Positions 1-9,562 are shown, counted from the stretch's first letter. The stretch: DNA of 64,000 nt from an uncultured Thermoleophilia bacterium (GCA_963715985.1 CAVQSP010000010.1:160001-224000); one strand, 5' to 3'. The notes: generated from the sequence alone by a model not told the origin. Translations and numbers: made by a program.

Positions 1-2
1 AG

Positions 3-368
3 TACTGGGACGAGCACCGCGACGGCATCTACGTGGACGTGGTCAGCGGTGACGCGCTGTTCAGCAGCCGCGACAAGTACGACTCCGGCACCGGCTGGCC
101 GAGCTTCTCGCGCCCGCTGCGCGACGAGGCCGTGACGACGAAGACCGACTACAAGCTCCTGATGCCGCGCACCGAGGTCCGCTCCCGCGCGGCCGGCTCG
201 CACCTCGGTCACCTGTTCAAGGACGGCCCGGCACCTACGGGTCAGCGCTACTGCATGAACTCGGCGGCGCTGCGCTTCATCCCCAAGGAGGACCTGGAGG
301 CGGAGGGGTACGGCGAGTACCTCCGCCTCTTCCAGGAGCCCGAGGGCGGCGCCGCGCACGACGAGTAG
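3..368 (+). CDS. msrB: Peptide-methionine (R)-S-oxide reductase, 5'-partial
   Basis: [42 protein letters not shown] motifs; frame runs off the window start. Confidence 0.95.
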   Translation, partial: YWDEHRDGIYVDVVSGDALFSSRDKYDSGTGWPSFSRPLRDEAVTTKTDYKLLMPRTEVRSRAAGSHLGHLFKDGPAPTGQRYCMNSAALRFIPKEDLEAEGYGEYLRLFQEPEGGAAHDE

Positions 369-471
369 GGCCGCACCGCAGCGGACGAGCAGGGAGGCGA
401 TCCCCGGCTGCGGGAGGCACTGCGCCGGGGCCGTGTCGCGGCGCCCTGCCCGGTTGTCGTAGGATTCGCGC

Positions 472-1086
472 GTGGCTCGGTATCGCAACGAAGAAGAAGC
501 CCTCATCGGCCTCGCGAGGCAGCTGGCCGACGCGTGCCGTGAGGCCAAGTCGGACGAGGACGAGGAGTACGCGACCGACGCCATCAACGACTTCCTCCGC
601 GACAACGACCAGCACGCCCCCGCCGAGGCTCTCATCGCCCTGCTCGACATGCCCATGAGCAAACGCACGTGGCCGCTCGTGGACAGCGTCGAGGAGACGC
701 TCATCGGCCGCGGCTGGGAGGTCGTCGAGCCGCTGTTGGCGGCGACGCAGGGCCGCGTGTACGACCTCGCCGGCCCGGTGCCCCAGCGCGCCCGCGAGAC
801 GCTCTCCGGGCTCAGCCACGCGCGCCTGATCTTCGGCCTCGTCGACGTGCTGCGAGGCAAGGCCGACGACGACCTCAAGCGCGCCGCCGTGACCGACCTG
901 GTGGCGCTGGGCGACACGGCGGAGCCGGCGCTGCTCGAGGCGCTGGACCATCCCGCCGCGCGCCGCTGGGCCCAGGACGCCCTCGGCGACCTGCGCGCGG
1001 CGCGTGAAGAGGCGAAGCTGACCGAGGACCTGGAGCGGGCGGCCTCGGGTGAGGACCGCGTGGGAGGGAGAACGCGGGATGAGTGA
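472..1086 (+). CDS. HEAT-repeat-like helical hypothetical protein
   Basis: Helical LKRAAVTDLVALGD / RRWAQDALGDL repeats; GTG start 6 nt after TAGGAT. Confidence 0.6.
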   Translation: MARYRNEEEALIGLARQLADACREAKSDEDEEYATDAINDFLRDNDQHAPAEALIALLDMPMSKRTWPLVDSVEETLIGRGWEVVEPLLAATQGRVYDLAGPVPQRARETLSGLSHARLIFGLVDVLRGKADDDLKRAAVTDLVALGDTAEPALLEALDHPAARRWAQDALGDLRAAREEAKLTEDLERAASGEDRVGGRTRDE

Positions 1087-2500
1087 AGGTACGGCGCTCG
1101 CCGGCCTCGCGGCGGGGGTGGCCGCCGGGGAGGTGAGCGCCGAGGCGCTGGTGGCGAGGGCCTACGAGCGCGTCGGCAGTCTGAACGGGCAGGTCAACGC
1201 CGTCGTCGCGCTGCGCGACGAAGAGGAGGCGCTGGCCGAGGCGCGCGCGCTCGACGAGAGCGTCGGCCGGGGCGAGCGTCTCGGCGCTCTGGCGGGGGTG
1301 CCGTTCCTCGTCAAGGACGCGCAGGATCTCGCCGGCGTGCCCACCCGACACGGCTCGCTGCTGTTTGAGCGCGCGCCGCCCGCCGCTCGCGACACCCTTG
1401 CCGTGGCGCGTCTGCGGGCCGCTGGGGCGATCCCGGTCGGCAAGTCCAGCGTGCCGGAGTTCTGCTTCGAGGGATTCACGGCCAGCCGGCTCTCGGGGGA
1501 CACGCTCAACCCGTGGGCCCTGGATTGGTCGCCGGGCGGCTCGAGCGGCGGCTCCGCCGCCGCCATGGCCGCCGGCATGGTCCCGTTCGCCACGGCCACC
1601 GACGGCGGCGGCTCCGTGCGCATCCCGGCCGCCTTCTGCGGCCTCTACGGACTCAAGCCCACCAACGGTGTCATCGCCCGCGACCCCGTCCCCCAGTGGA
1701 TCGACTTCACCACGGACGGGCCGCTGGCGCTGTCGATGGCCGACCTGCGGCTGCTGCTGCACGTGCAGGCCGGCCCCTCCTCCGGTGACCCCACCGCCCT
1801 GCCGGAAGACGCGCTGCGCGGCCTGCTGTCCGGGCGCCCGGCCAGTCGGCCGTCGCTGGTGCTGGCCGCGCCGCGCTTCGTGGACTGGGGCCCGCTGCCA
1901 AACGCCATCGCGGACCTGTTCGACGCGGCCCTGACGAGCCTGGAGAAGGACCTCGGGGTGCGCGTGGAGCCGCTGGCGCCGGGGCAGATCTTCGGCGGGC
2001 TCAACATCGACGAAGACTGGTTCATCACCGGCGCCTGCGAGCAGGCGCGGGCCTTCGGGGAGGAGGCCGTGGAGGCTGAGGCCGACCGGCTGCACCCCGC
2101 GTTTCTCACGGCCATGCGCCACGGCCTGCGCGTGACGCTGGACGAGTACCTGGCGGCGCGCCGCCGGCGCTTCGACTACGTGCGCGCCCTCGACGACCTG
2201 CTGGGCGCCGACCGCGTGATCGTCACGCCGACGATGCCGGTGACCGGGTTCCTGGCGGACGGCCGCGAGGTGGGCGCCGACCACCCGGGCACGGCGTCGT
2301 CCTCCTACAACACGCAGGCACAGAACATGACGGGCCACCCGGCCCTCTCGGTGCCCGCGGGCGTCGCCCCCAACGGCGTGCCCTTCGGACTGCAGATCAC
2401 CGGCCCGCGCTTCGCCGACCCGCTCGTCCTGGCCCTCGGCGAGGCCTGGGAGCAGGTCCATCCGGCGCGCCGCGCGGCGCCCGGCTACCAGGCGTTCTGA
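1079..2500 (+). CDS. Amidase (amidase signature family)
   Basis: GVPFLVKD, PGGSSGGSAAA, TDGGGSVRIPA; ATG overlaps upstream gene. Confidence 0.93.
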   Translation: MSEGTALAGLAAGVAAGEVSAEALVARAYERVGSLNGQVNAVVALRDEEEALAEARALDESVGRGERLGALAGVPFLVKDAQDLAGVPTRHGSLLFERAPPAARDTLAVARLRAAGAIPVGKSSVPEFCFEGFTASRLSGDTLNPWALDWSPGGSSGGSAAAMAAGMVPFATATDGGGSVRIPAAFCGLYGLKPTNGVIARDPVPQWIDFTTDGPLALSMADLRLLLHVQAGPSSGDPTALPEDALRGLLSGRPASRPSLVLAAPRFVDWGPLPNAIADLFDAALTSLEKDLGVRVEPLAPGQIFGGLNIDEDWFITGACEQARAFGEEAVEAEADRLHPAFLTAMRHGLRVTLDEYLAARRRRFDYVRALDDLLGADRVIVTPTMPVTGFLADGREVGADHPGTASSSYNTQAQNMTGHPALSVPAGVAPNGVPFGLQITGPRFADPLVLALGEAWEQVHPARRAAPGYQAF

Positions 2501-2594
2501 GCCGGAGCGGTCGCCGAGGAGCCGTCACGGCAGCGTGTCCCCGGCGGCACAATCTTCCGCAACGCCGACGCAACACGCACTTCATAATCGCCGA

Positions 2595-2790
2595 CAAGAA
2601 TGGCACCAAGCCATACGACGGCATCGACGGCTGCCCCCCCGGCCGTCGGGACGCGACAGAGTCCGGTGCGCCCCCACCGTGTCGCTCCCAAGTTGCCCGG
2701 GCGGATCACCTCCTGCGCCCGGGAGCCGCTGGCCCCACATGGGCCGCGACGACTGCCCCCCAGTCGTCGCGGCCCATCCCCCTTTCTGGA
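2595..2790 (+). ncRNA. Candidate sRNA with four C-rich-loop hairpins (6C-like)
   Basis: Hairpins 2625-2648, 2648-2689, 2696-2723 and 2739-2777; CATAAT at 2583-2588; lies between convergent genes. Confidence 0.55.
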
Positions 2791-2845
2791 GCCTGTCGTC
2801 GGCGGCGTACGCCCGCGACCGAGGCCGCTCGGCCGGCGGGCCGTT

Positions 2846-4220
2846 TCAGGGCGTGACCGTCTCCACCGCGAACGACGCCCAGTTGAGTGCCTCGCTCAAC
2901 GTGGGGTGGACGGCGCGCGTGGCCTGAACGTCGTCCAGCGTGGCCCCTGCGCGCACGGCCACGGCGAGGCCGTAGATGAGCTCGGCGGCGTGCGGGCCCG
3001 CCAGGTGGGCGCCCACGAGGCGGCCGTCCTGCTCGGCGAGGAGCTTGACCAGGCCGCCGCGCCGATCGCTGATGATGGCCTGCGCGACCCACTCGAAGTC
3101 CCCGCGGGCGACCTGGTACGGGGCGCCGCGCGCGGCCAGCTCGGCTTCGCCGAGCCCCACGCGCGCCACCTCCGGCACGGTGAAGCAGGTGCTCGGCACC
3201 AGCGTCAGGTCGGGCGCCGTGGGTTCGCCGCCGACGATGCTCTGCGCGACCGCCTCGCCCTCGAGGCCGGCGACCGGCGTGAGCTGGACGCCGCCGGCCG
3301 CGTCTCCGGCGAACCACACGCGCGGGTTGCTCGTGCTGCGCAGGAAGGCGTCCAGGACCGGGCGGCCGCGCTCGTCGACGGCGACCTCGCCGGCGGCGAG
3401 GTCGAGGCCGTCGTAGTCGGGCCGCCGCCCCGTGGCCGCCAGGACCTGCTCGCAGGCCAGAGCGAGCGGACGACCCCCGGCGTCTTCGATCCTCACGGTG
3501 AGCGCCCCCGGGTCTCCCTCGATGCCCCGGATGCGCGCGTCCGTCACGAACGTCACCCCACCGGCCTCGAGGCCGCTCCGCGCGAGCGCGGCGGCCTCCG
3601 GGTCGAAGCCTCTCAGCACCTCGGAGCCGCGGAGCACCACCGTCACCTGCGTGCCGAGGGCGGCGTAGATGCCGGCGAACTCCATGGCGATGTAGCCGCC
3701 GCCCATCACGACCAGCGAGGCCGGCTGTCGCGGGTACCGCAGGGCGTCGTCGCTGGTGCCGGCGAGCTCGATGCCCGGCAGCGTGCGGCTTCACCGGCTG
3801 CGAGCCCGTGGCGACGACGATGTGGACGGGCTCTATCGCGTGGCCGCCGGCCATGACCTCAGCCGCCGACGCGAAGCGGGCGTCGCCGTGGACCACCTCT
3901 ACGCCGAGGCTCCTGAGCGCGCCCTCCTGGTCGCCGGCGTAGGCCTGCTGCATCTCCAGCCGCCACGCCATGAGCCGCGACCAGTCCAGTGCAGGCGGCC
4001 CGGGGGCGAAGCCCATGCGGGCCGCCTCCGCCGCCTCCCGGCGGGTCTGGGCGGCCGTGTACAGTGCCTTCTTGGGCACGCAGCCGCGCCACAGGCACGT
4101 GCCGCCGAACTCGCCGCGGTCCACGACCGTGACCGTGAGGCCCGCGGCCGCCGCGCTCCGCGCCACGCGCGTCCCCGCGGCCCCGGCGCCGATGACCAGC
4201 ACGTCCCGTTTCTCAGTCAT
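2846..4220 (-). CDS. Pyridine nucleotide-disulfide oxidoreductase (Lpd/Gor/MerA class), one frameshift near 3786
   Basis: GAGAAG, GGTCLWRGCVPKK, GGGYIAMEF, AGD, HPTLSE; halves in two frames joined by one extra base. Confidence 0.88.
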
Positions 4221-4373
4221 GGCCTGCCTCCCAAGGGCCGCTGGCTCGGGTCACTCGTACCCTTCGGCTTCACAAAGGGCAACACCCATTCTTCCCGAAC
4301 GTAACCTGAACAGGCGACACTCGCCGGGTACGTCAGGCAACGACCGCTCACGGTCCTCCCGAAAGGAGCCAGC

Positions 4374-4532
4374 GTGGAGCTCATCGTCACCTGTCTCGTC
4401 TGCGGCCAGGACGTCGATCTGGCGCGCCAGCTGGACCTGGCGCCCGAGGCGCCCTTCGGCTGTCCCTACTGCGATCCCGAGGTGGCCGAGGCCATCGGCC
4501 TGAACTTTCCCAAGGCCGACACCGCCGCCTGA
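4374..4532 (+). CDS. 52-aa zinc-ribbon microprotein (absent from ORF track)
   Basis: GAAAGGAG RBS then GTG; MELIVTCLVCGQDVDLARQLDLAPEAPFGCPYCDPEVAEAIGLNFPKADTAA. Confidence 0.75.
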   Translation: MELIVTCLVCGQDVDLARQLDLAPEAPFGCPYCDPEVAEAIGLNFPKADTAA

Positions 4533-4606
4533 GCCGGCCGGCGCAGGCGTGACCTCAGCGGCGGGCTCGCTGCCGCCGCACACACGTGCATGAGCGCGCC
4601 GTTGCC

Positions 4607-5245
4607 TCAGCCCGCGTCTTGTGCCTGCTGCCGCGCCAGCCGCTCGGCCCGCGCCTTGATACCCAGCATGCACTTGCGCATGAACGGGAGATCGCCGAGC
4701 TCCGTGGCGATCTGCTGAGGCAGCACCAGCGGGTTCGACCACCTGTACTCGTCGCGCATCCGGGTGATCAGCCGCGTGTGCGTCTCGTCGACGGCGTCGA
4801 GATACCAGAGCCAGGTGCCGGCGCGATCGCTTGCGCGCCACAGCATCCACCGCGGCTCCTCGAAGTCGTAGCACCGCATCGACGTCCAGGGGCTCATGGG
4901 GAAGGCCTTGCCGACCTCGAGGCCCTGATGCTCGGGGAGGATCTCCCAGGCACTCGGCCTGCCGCCGTTGTCCACCCAGTCGTAGCCGTACCAGCCGGCG
5001 CGGCCCCAGCCGATCTGCACGAGGAACGGCCAGATCTGCTCCGGCCGCGCCGCCACCGTGACCGCGCGAGTCGCGTTCCACTCGGGCAGCACGAACTCCT
5101 CATCGTGCGGGTAGACGCGCTGAAGCTCCTCCCGGCTGGCGCCCCAGGTCATCTGCCACGGTCTGCCCCAACGGACGTAGACCCAGATGCCTGCCGCCGC
5201 CTCGATGGCGACCGCCGCCAGAGCGATCCTGTGCAGCGTCTTCAT
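4607..5245 (-). CDS. SRPBCC-like conserved protein with N-terminal hydrophobic segment
   Basis: TRAVTVAARPEQIWPFLVQIGWGRAGWYGYD; paralog of 24494-25177. Confidence 0.75.
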   Translation of the reverse strand: MKTLHRIALAAVAIEAAAGIWVYVRWGRPWQMTWGASREELQRVYPHDEEFVLPEWNATRAVTVAARPEQIWPFLVQIGWGRAGWYGYDWVDNGGRPSAWEILPEHQGLEVGKAFPMSPWTSMRCYDFEEPRWMLWRASDRAGTWLWYLDAVDETHTRLITRMRDEYRWSNPLVLPQQIATELGDLPFMRKCMLGIKARAERLARQQAQDAG

Positions 5246-5381
5246 CGCTCCTCCTCCCCGGGATGGTCGTCACGCGCACGCCTGCCGGAGCGCGGCGACC
5301 CGCCCATGATACGCCGGGGCTGCGCTTTCGCATCGTCTTCCCCGGCGGTGCACAGATGCGCCGTGAGGGTACGATGGGCGC

Positions 5382-6038
5382 ATGTCCGCATCCCTCCAGA
5401 CGCGGTTCCGCGAGGCCCTTGTGGTGGGCAGCCTCCTGGCCCCGGAGGGCGCAGCGGCATACGACACCGCGATGCGTTGGTGGGGCTGGCCCACGGCGCA
5501 GGGCGGGAGGGACGTGGCCGGCGGCCCCCCGGGCGCGGCCGCTGAGCCGCCGATCCGCTTCATCACGCCCAAGCGCAAGCAGGCGATGCGCCCCGAGCTG
5601 CTCGGCGTGCACTTCGAGCTCGTCTTCATCAAGCCGGAGCGCATGTTCGGGGTGGAACTGCTGGGAGAGCCGGGGCTGCGCATCCGCGTCACCGACCGTG
5701 AACGCACGGTGATCGACATGCTCGACCGGAGCGACCTGTGCGGCGGCGTGCCTGCGGCCGCCGCCGCTCTTCTCGCCGCCTGGCCCGCACTTGATGTGGA
5801 GCGCCTGACGGAGCACCTCGTGCGCTTCGAGGGCGGCACGGTGCCCAGGAGGCTCGGCTATCTGGCCGAGCGCCTGGGCCTGCTGCCGCCGGACGATCCG
5901 ATGCTTCTCCGCTGGCGCGGACTCATCGGCGCCGGGTACTCCCTGCTCGAGCGCGGAGGACCCGCGACGGGCACCTACGTGCGCCGCTGGGGCCTGCGCG
6001 ACAACGTCGCCGGCCTGGCTGCGCTTCTCACGCCCTGA
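5382..6038 (+). CDS. AbiEi-like (type IV TA antitoxin-family) protein, orphan
   Basis: RVTDRERTVIDMLDRSDLCGG and RRLGYLAE resemble AbiEi C-terminal domains; no toxin adjacent. Confidence 0.65.
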   Translation: MSASLQTRFREALVVGSLLAPEGAAAYDTAMRWWGWPTAQGGRDVAGGPPGAAAEPPIRFITPKRKQAMRPELLGVHFELVFIKPERMFGVELLGEPGLRIRVTDRERTVIDMLDRSDLCGGVPAAAAALLAAWPALDVERLTEHLVRFEGGTVPRRLGYLAERLGLLPPDDPMLLRWRGLIGAGYSLLERGGPATGTYVRRWGLRDNVAGLAALLTP

Positions 6039-6167
6039 CGCCTGCTCCGATCGGGCGCCGGCTTCGCGACCACATGCGCTGCAGTGAACGACACCGGTCG
6101 CAGAGCGCCGCTCACACGGGACGGTGCTCGCCGCTTGGTGAGTCCGGCTGAGCCGCCGCCGGAGCGG

Positions 6168-6368
6168 TCAGCGGCCTCGGGACGTGCGGAGCACGATGAA
6201 CGTGCTCAGGGCCAGGGAACCGGCCGCCATGAGTCCGACCGCGACCAGTTCGAGCGGGCCGCTGCCGTCTGCCACCAGCGCGATCCCGAACAGCGCACAT
6301 GCGGCGCCGATGAGGAAGAGAAGCGGCCGGTCGCCTCGCGGCGTCGGCCGCCCGGTCCGCCGCGTCAC
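6168..6368 (-). CDS. Small two-TM membrane protein
   Basis: Two hydrophobic segments; GTGA overlap with the stop of the upstream zinc-ribbon gene. Confidence 0.6.
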   Translation of the reverse strand: MTRRTGRPTPRGDRPLLFLIGAACALFGIALVADGSGPLELVAVGLMAAGSLALSTFIVLRTSRGR

Positions 6369-6535
6369 GCCGCGCGCCCTTCGTGCTGCGTCTCCTCGTC
6401 GGTGGCGACGCGGCCGAGTCTCGTGCTGCCGCACTGCGGGCACGTGACCACGAAGCGCCGGTCTGCGCGGGCCTCCGCGGTCACGACGAACTCCTCGTCA
6501 CACTCGCTGCATACGTACACCAGCTCGGTTCCCAC
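6365..6535 (-). CDS. 56-aa zinc-ribbon microprotein (FmdB-like)
   Basis: GAAGGAG RBS; YVCSEC-x19-CPQCGS; ends EGRAA. Confidence 0.8.
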   Translation of the reverse strand: MGTELVYVCSECDEEFVVTAEARADRRFVVTCPQCGSTRLGRVATDEETQHEGRAA

Positions 6536-6568
6536 GTCGGCTCCTTCGCGTCGGTGCTCCGTGACCGT

Positions 6569-6623
6569 GTTGTACAGAGCCGGTGCTTGCCGGTCGTGAG
6601 ACCACTGTGAGACGAGCGTGAGT
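6569..6623 (-). promoter_or_regulatory. Three 11-bp-periodic (T)CTCAC direct repeats plus TACAAC -10-like element
   Basis: gtgag at 6596, 6607, 6618 on + strand; geometry matches the htrA promoter. Confidence 0.6.
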
Positions 6624-6718
6624 GCCGGGCGGGCGGATCGGGCGACGGACGGGCGCACACGTAGCTGCGCCGGTGGGCGCCCCGCAGGGGGGACGGGCGG
6701 TGGCGCCCGCCGGCGCGC

Positions 6719-6928
6719 TCAGTGGGTGGAGACTCCGGTGGCGGGCCCGTGGGCGCCGCGCTCGGTGGAGCTCGTGCCGGGAGCCGGCCCCGGCTCGTCT
6801 TCGCCGCCGTGCGGCGCCGCGGCGCGGGCTTCCGCTATGCGCAGCTCCTCGCGGCGCTCGTCCTCGGTCAGCGCCGACACGCGGGCGCTGCGCAGGTGTT
6901 CCCGGATCCTGGTGCGATGCGTCTTCAT
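6719..6928 (-). CDS. 69-aa charged hypothetical protein
   Basis: MKTHRTRIREHLRSARVSALTEDERREELRI...; near-leaderless ATG after a PHO-like promoter. Confidence 0.5.
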   Translation of the reverse strand: MKTHRTRIREHLRSARVSALTEDERREELRIAEARAAAPHGGEDEPGPAPGTSSTERGAHGPATGVSTH

Positions 6929-6937
6929 GGCGCTTAC

Positions 6938-6991
6938 ATCGTGGGCGCGGCGTGTTAGCGTTCTGTCAGCGGTCGCTGAACGTCTGGTTAC
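6938..6991 (-). promoter_or_regulatory. PHO-like direct-repeat array (GTAAC/TTCAG/CTGAC/CTAAC) plus CACGAT
   Basis: Units at 6987, 6976, 6965, 6954; hexamer 10 nt after the last unit. Confidence 0.5.
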
Positions 6992-7020
6992 GTCTCTGAG
7001 CTCACACCGAAGGAGCACCG

Positions 7021-7305
7021 ATGGGCTGTTGTCTGATCGTAGGGGTCCTCGCCGCGTCGCCGCGCATCATCCTGCTGGGCATGTGGCTGTTCACCGACTA
7101 CCTGAGCCGCATCGGGCTGCCGTTCATCTGGGGCTTCATCGGCTGGATCTTCGTGCCGTGCACGACCATCGCCTATGCCATCGCCGAGAACTCGTTCGGC
7201 GGACTGCAGGGCTGGGGCACTGTGGTGTTCGCGGCCGGCATCATCCTCGACATCCTGCTGTACGCGAGCGGGAACAGGAGCCGGCGGGAGCGCGGCTCCA
7301 CCTGA
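7021..7305 (+). CDS. Small integral membrane protein
   Basis: GAAGGAG RBS; 94 aa, three hydrophobic segments. Confidence 0.75.
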   Translation: MGCCLIVGVLAASPRIILLGMWLFTDYLSRIGLPFIWGFIGWIFVPCTTIAYAIAENSFGGLQGWGTVVFAAGIILDILLYASGNRSRRERGST

Positions 7306-7377
7306 GCTTCGGCGCGATCTGAGCAGCCGCACCTGGTGGCCGCGGCACCACGGCCACGTCCCGGCGGACCATCCGCG

Positions 7378-8676
7378 TCAGTCGATGGGAGGGACGGCAG
7401 CCGGCGGCTGAGGGATGCCGGGACCTCCGGCGAGAGCCGCCGCCGGCCGCAGCCGCCACACGTCCTTGACGAGCAGCACCCAGAAGGCGGCCACCAGACC
7501 GAGGCCGCCGGTGACCCAGCACATCGTCCCCACGCCGAACGCCTGGGCCAGTGGGCCGGCCAGCGCCAGCCCCGCCGGCCACAAGGCCATCGACGCCATC
7601 CAGTCCCAGGCCACCACTCGGCCCAATGACTCCTTGGGGATCTGCGTCTGCAGGGTCGAGTTCCACACCGCCACGAGGATGCCCACGCTGACCCCGCGCA
7701 GTCCGTAGACGACGCCCAGCACCCACGGGTCGCCGAAGATCACCATCGCCAGCGGCGCCGCCACCGCGGTGGCGCCGGTCAGCGACACGGTGATCATCGG
7801 CCGCTTGGGCCGGTAGCGCAGGGCGATGAGGGCGCCGCCGATCATGCCGGCGCTGAACACGGCCTGGAGCCATCCCCAGGCCGCCGCGCCGTAGCCCTCC
7901 TCGCGCAGCCCGAGCGGGCCGAGGATCTGGAACGGCGCGATCACGATGCACAGGACGAGGCACACGCGCAGCAGCATCACCCACAACCAGGTGCGCGACT
8001 TGACCTCGCGCCAGCCGGCGCGGAGCTCCGCGAAGAACCCCAGGACGGCCTCGGTCTTGACCACGGCCGGCACGCGCAGGGTCGCCAGAAAGGCCGCGCT
8101 GACCAGGAAGGTGACGCCGTCGACGGCGATGGCGCCGCCGGCGCCGATGAGGGCCACGAGGGTGCCGGCGATGGCCGGTCCCACCATCCAGCCGAAGTTG
8201 TCGCTCATGCCCATCAGGGCGTTGGCCTCCTGCAGTCTCGCGGCGGGCACGATCTGCGGCAGGATGGCGCCGGCCGCCGGACGGAAGAAGGCCTCCGCCG
8301 CGCCGTGAACCGCGGCGAGGGCGGCGAGCTGCCAGATCTGCGCCGTGCCGGTGAGCAGCAGCACGGCGCCGGTGATCTGCACTGCCGCGCGGATGAGGTC
8401 GCTGGCCATCATGAGCGCGGCGCGCGGCAGCCTGTCGGCCCACACGCCGCCGACCAGCGCCAGCGCTACCAGCGGCAGGCTCTGCGCGGCGAGCACCAGG
8501 CCGAGGTCGGTGCCCGAGCCGGTAAGATCGAGGACGGCGAAGGTGAGCGCCACCGGCGTGATGCCGTCGCCGAACACGGAGACGCTCTGCGCGAGAAAGA
8601 CGTTGCGGAACTCACGCCGGTGGAGCAGCCCGGCGCCCTCGCGCAGGCGTCCGGGGATGAGGCGCGAGAGACCCAT
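7378..8676 (-). CDS. MFS transporter (DHA3/macrolide-efflux-like)
   Basis: GGVWADRLPR motif A; about 12 TM segments. Confidence 0.92.
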   Translation of the reverse strand: MGLSRLIPGRLREGAGLLHRREFRNVFLAQSVSVFGDGITPVALTFAVLDLTGSGTDLGLVLAAQSLPLVALALVGGVWADRLPRAALMMASDLIRAAVQITGAVLLLTGTAQIWQLAALAAVHGAAEAFFRPAAGAILPQIVPAARLQEANALMGMSDNFGWMVGPAIAGTLVALIGAGGAIAVDGVTFLVSAAFLATLRVPAVVKTEAVLGFFAELRAGWREVKSRTWLWVMLLRVCLVLCIVIAPFQILGPLGLREEGYGAAAWGWLQAVFSAGMIGGALIALRYRPKRPMITVSLTGATAVAAPLAMVIFGDPWVLGVVYGLRGVSVGILVAVWNSTLQTQIPKESLGRVVAWDWMASMALWPAGLALAGPLAQAFGVGTMCWVTGGLGLVAAFWVLLVKDVWRLRPAAALAGGPGIPQPPAAVPPID

Positions 8677-8681
8677 GGCAT

Positions 8682-8798
8682 CGAGTCTACAAGGCGTGGG
8701 GTCCCTCGCGCCGCCGCCTGCTCTGCCTCGAGCCTCCGAGGCGGGGGTCCTGCGCGAGTCTACAAGGCGTGGGGTCCCTCGCGCCGCCGCCCTGCTCT
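8682..8798. repeat. Direct repeat of ~43 bp containing the MFS -10 element
   Basis: cgagtctacaaggcgtggggtccctcgcgccgccgcc(c)tgctct at 8682-8724 and 8755-8798. Confidence 0.85.
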
Positions 8799-9562
8799 CA
8801 GCTCGACAGCTTGGTGGCTCCCCGCGCTGCCCAGAGCGCCATGATGCCGGTCACGGTGGCGAAGCCGAACGTCACCGCGAAGCCGACGGCCAGCGACGAG
8901 CCGCTCCAGCCCACATTGATCAGCGAGCGCATCGAGTCGAACACGTAGGTGGTCGGGTTGATGGTGGCCGCCACCTTGAGCCAGCCGGCGGTGACGTACT
9001 CCTTGGGCACGAACGTGTAGCTCAGGAAGATGAGCGGGAAGAAGGCGAAGGTCGCCGCCTGGGCCGCCGCCGCGTTCTTCGTCTTCAGCGCCATGAACGC
9101 CGCGTAGCCGGCGAACGCCATGCCCCAGAGGAACGCGAGCACGACGACCAGCAGGAAGCCCACGGGGCCGGTGGCGACCTTGAGCCCCATGGCCAGGGCG
9201 AGCAGCATCACGAGGACCACCTGCGCCGTGAGGATGATGGCGCTGGCCACCATCGGACCCCAGATGACGGCGAGGCGCCGCGTGGGCGTGAGCAGCAGCT
9301 TGGTGAAGTAGCCGTTGTCGATGTCCTTGATGAGCGTCTGGCCGGCGAGGCCGGCGCCGCCGACCGCCGCGGACACGATGCTCACCGGCAGGATGAAGCC
9401 GAGGTAGGTGCCGACGAACCCCGGCAGCTGCGCCACGCTGTTCAGGCCGCTGTTGTACACGAAGAGGAAGAACACGCTGATGGCGATGTTGGGGATGATG
9501 GTCGCCGGCTGCCGCAGGGCGTTGCGCAGGGAGCGCCCGATGAGGATGACGAAGTCGTTCAT
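8798..9562 (-). CDS. ABC-2 type exporter permease (DrrB-like)
   Basis: About six TMs, NPTTY motif, coupled to the ATPase. Confidence 0.9.
   Translation of the reverse strand: MNDFVILIGRSLRNALRQPATIIPNIAISVFFLFVYNSGLNSVAQLPGFVGTYLGFILPVSIVSAAVGGAGLAGQTLIKDIDNGYFTKLLLTPTRRLAVIWGPMVASAIILTAQVVLVMLLALAMGLKVATGPVGFLLVVVLAFLWGMAFAGYAAFMALKTKNAAAAQAATFAFFPLIFLSYTFVPKEYVTAGWLKVAATINPTTYVFDSMRSLINVGWSGSSLAVGFAVTFGFATVTGIMALWAARGATKLSS

Noticed and set aside
2559-2585. GCAAC-N6-GCAAC as a PHO-like box for the candidate sRNA
   Set aside because: Poor match to CTmAC, and the 10-nt spacing to the -10 is not met
2703-2714. 16S rRNA gene fragment
   Set aside because: Only 12 nt match; the flanks show no rRNA similarity
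4260-4370. Riboswitch or direct-repeat array before the first zinc-ribbon gene
   Set aside because: Only short hairpins; no 11-bp periodicity or known aptamer consensus
8682-8798. Possible mini-CRISPR (two repeats with a 30-bp spacer)
   Set aside because: Only two copies, no cas genes, and the repeat contains the promoter -10; a promoter duplication explains it better
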